From a virus: a stretch of 64,000 nucleotides of DNA. Both the position numbers and the translations under genes were made by a program. The notes beneath the pieces were generated by a model that worked only from the letters and a program-made list of their open reading frames with translations, was not told where the DNA came from and did no database searches. The DNA lies in IMG/VR virus record IMGVR_UViG_3300032213_001373, positions 1 through 64,000 of that record. The stretch is one strand, 5' to 3'. Below, one piece after another: positions 63,351-64,000 of the stretch (position 1 is the first letter of the stretch; each line of letters starts with the position of its first letter).

Positions 63351-64000
63351 CTATTGCCTGAAGACTACCCGATCTAGGTAGAATACTCTACCAGATCCTA
63401 GAGCATCAGGAGTCGCCTCAACATATAGTTGAGCGGTCTTTGCTCCAGAAATTTCTGACTTAGGAGCGTAGGTTGCAAAGTATGCCCAACGATCCGTGTG
63501 AACGATTCTAGCAGAATAACTTTTTTGAATAATTAAAACATCAGCATCATCATAGAATCTTGCTCTGATTGTGTATTGACCGTAAGCATCCTCATTCTCA
63601 GGCTTTATAGCTGCAGAGATATAGTAACCGGCTAAGAAATCAATCGGAAGTTTATCGGTGTGAACACCAAAGGTTGATGCAGCTGTTGACGTAATGTGAC
63701 CAAAAGCAGCACCATGAGTTGTGTACTCGTCAAACAAAGATCCTCGAGTTACTTCTCTCTCAATTATAGATGAGTCAGCAATCCAACCATCAGTACTTTG
63801 TTCAAAAGATGGGGACAACAAAATTGATGGGGTAAGTTCTGGATATGGAGGTGTGGCAAAGCCAGGCATAATTTCCCAGCTAGATCCGTAGGGCATAACT
63901 AAAGGAAGTGTCTCTGCTAGACGAGCAAGCTTATTTAGATAGTTAGTCCAACGATAGCTTCTTCCTGAAGTTGTAGCAGGAAATTCCCAAGCACAATCCA
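63351..64000 (-). CDS. 3' end of a larger, probably tail-associated protein (carbohydrate-binding-like beta domain)
   Basis: Frame stays open to the window edge; LL.PSFE...GW ... FYLD.V pattern. Confidence 0.6.
   Translation of the reverse strand, partial: DCAWEFPATTSGRSYRWTNYLNKLARLAETLPLVMPYGSSWEIMPGFATPPYPELTPSILLSPSFEQSTDGWIADSSIIEREVTRGSLFDEYTTHGAAFGHITSTAASTFGVHTDKLPIDFLAGYYISAAIKPENEDAYGQYTIRARFYDDADVLIIQKSYSARIVHTDRWAYFATYAPKSEISGAKTAQLYVEATPDALGSGRVFYLDRVVFRQ

Noticed and set aside
1-64000. Alternative genetic code or prophage boundaries
   Set aside because: Core genes are full-length in code 11 using all three stop codons; no integrase, att-like junction or host genes seen.

Overview
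This is a 64-kb slice of a large tailed dsDNA phage genome. The host is almost certainly an actinobacterium, based on two WhiB regulators, an MSMEG_6728-like glycosylase, DUF4192 and a proteasome/HslV-type Ntn peptidase. GC looks to be in the mid-40s % by eye, which fits a freshwater-type actinophage. Layout: (i) 1-15.3 kb, mostly minus strand: N4-gp56-type major capsid (partial), scaffold, portal, terminase large subunit, many small basic or disordered proteins, a PASTA-containing structural protein and an Ntn peptidase. (ii) About 15.6-28.3 kb, a plus-strand putative early region. Its first 2-4 kb lack several 4-bp palindromes, and about 2 kb of its first 6 kb is non-coding, densely structured sequence. 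Later genes include a MoxR/VWA pair, a pyrimidine-dimer glycosylase and a HicA-like gene. (iii) 28.3-40.3 kb, minus strand: class II RNR, a nucleotidyltransferase / HAD-like / TGT-fold trio, a J-domain protein, thioredoxin and a holin-like gene. (iv) 40.4-44.3 kb, a plus-strand envelope cassette: a 938-aa PA14 surface protein that appears to start at a non-canonical codon, two membrane proteins and a CHAP amidase. (v) 44.5-64 kb, minus-strand replication/recombination module: PolA, RecA, Cas4-like nuclease, SNF2 helicase, primase, DnaB, DnaC-like loader, initiator, SpoVS and Hsp20. No tRNA, CRISPR array, integrase or reverse transcriptase was seen. The best candidate for an undescribed system is the early-region array of multi-stem RNA-like elements closed by long helices. 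It includes a repeated covarying minihelix+ACG motif and one element carrying motif words reminiscent of the actinobacterial RNA-polymerase-binding Ms1 RNA. All family calls come from motif recognition by eye; no searches were run.
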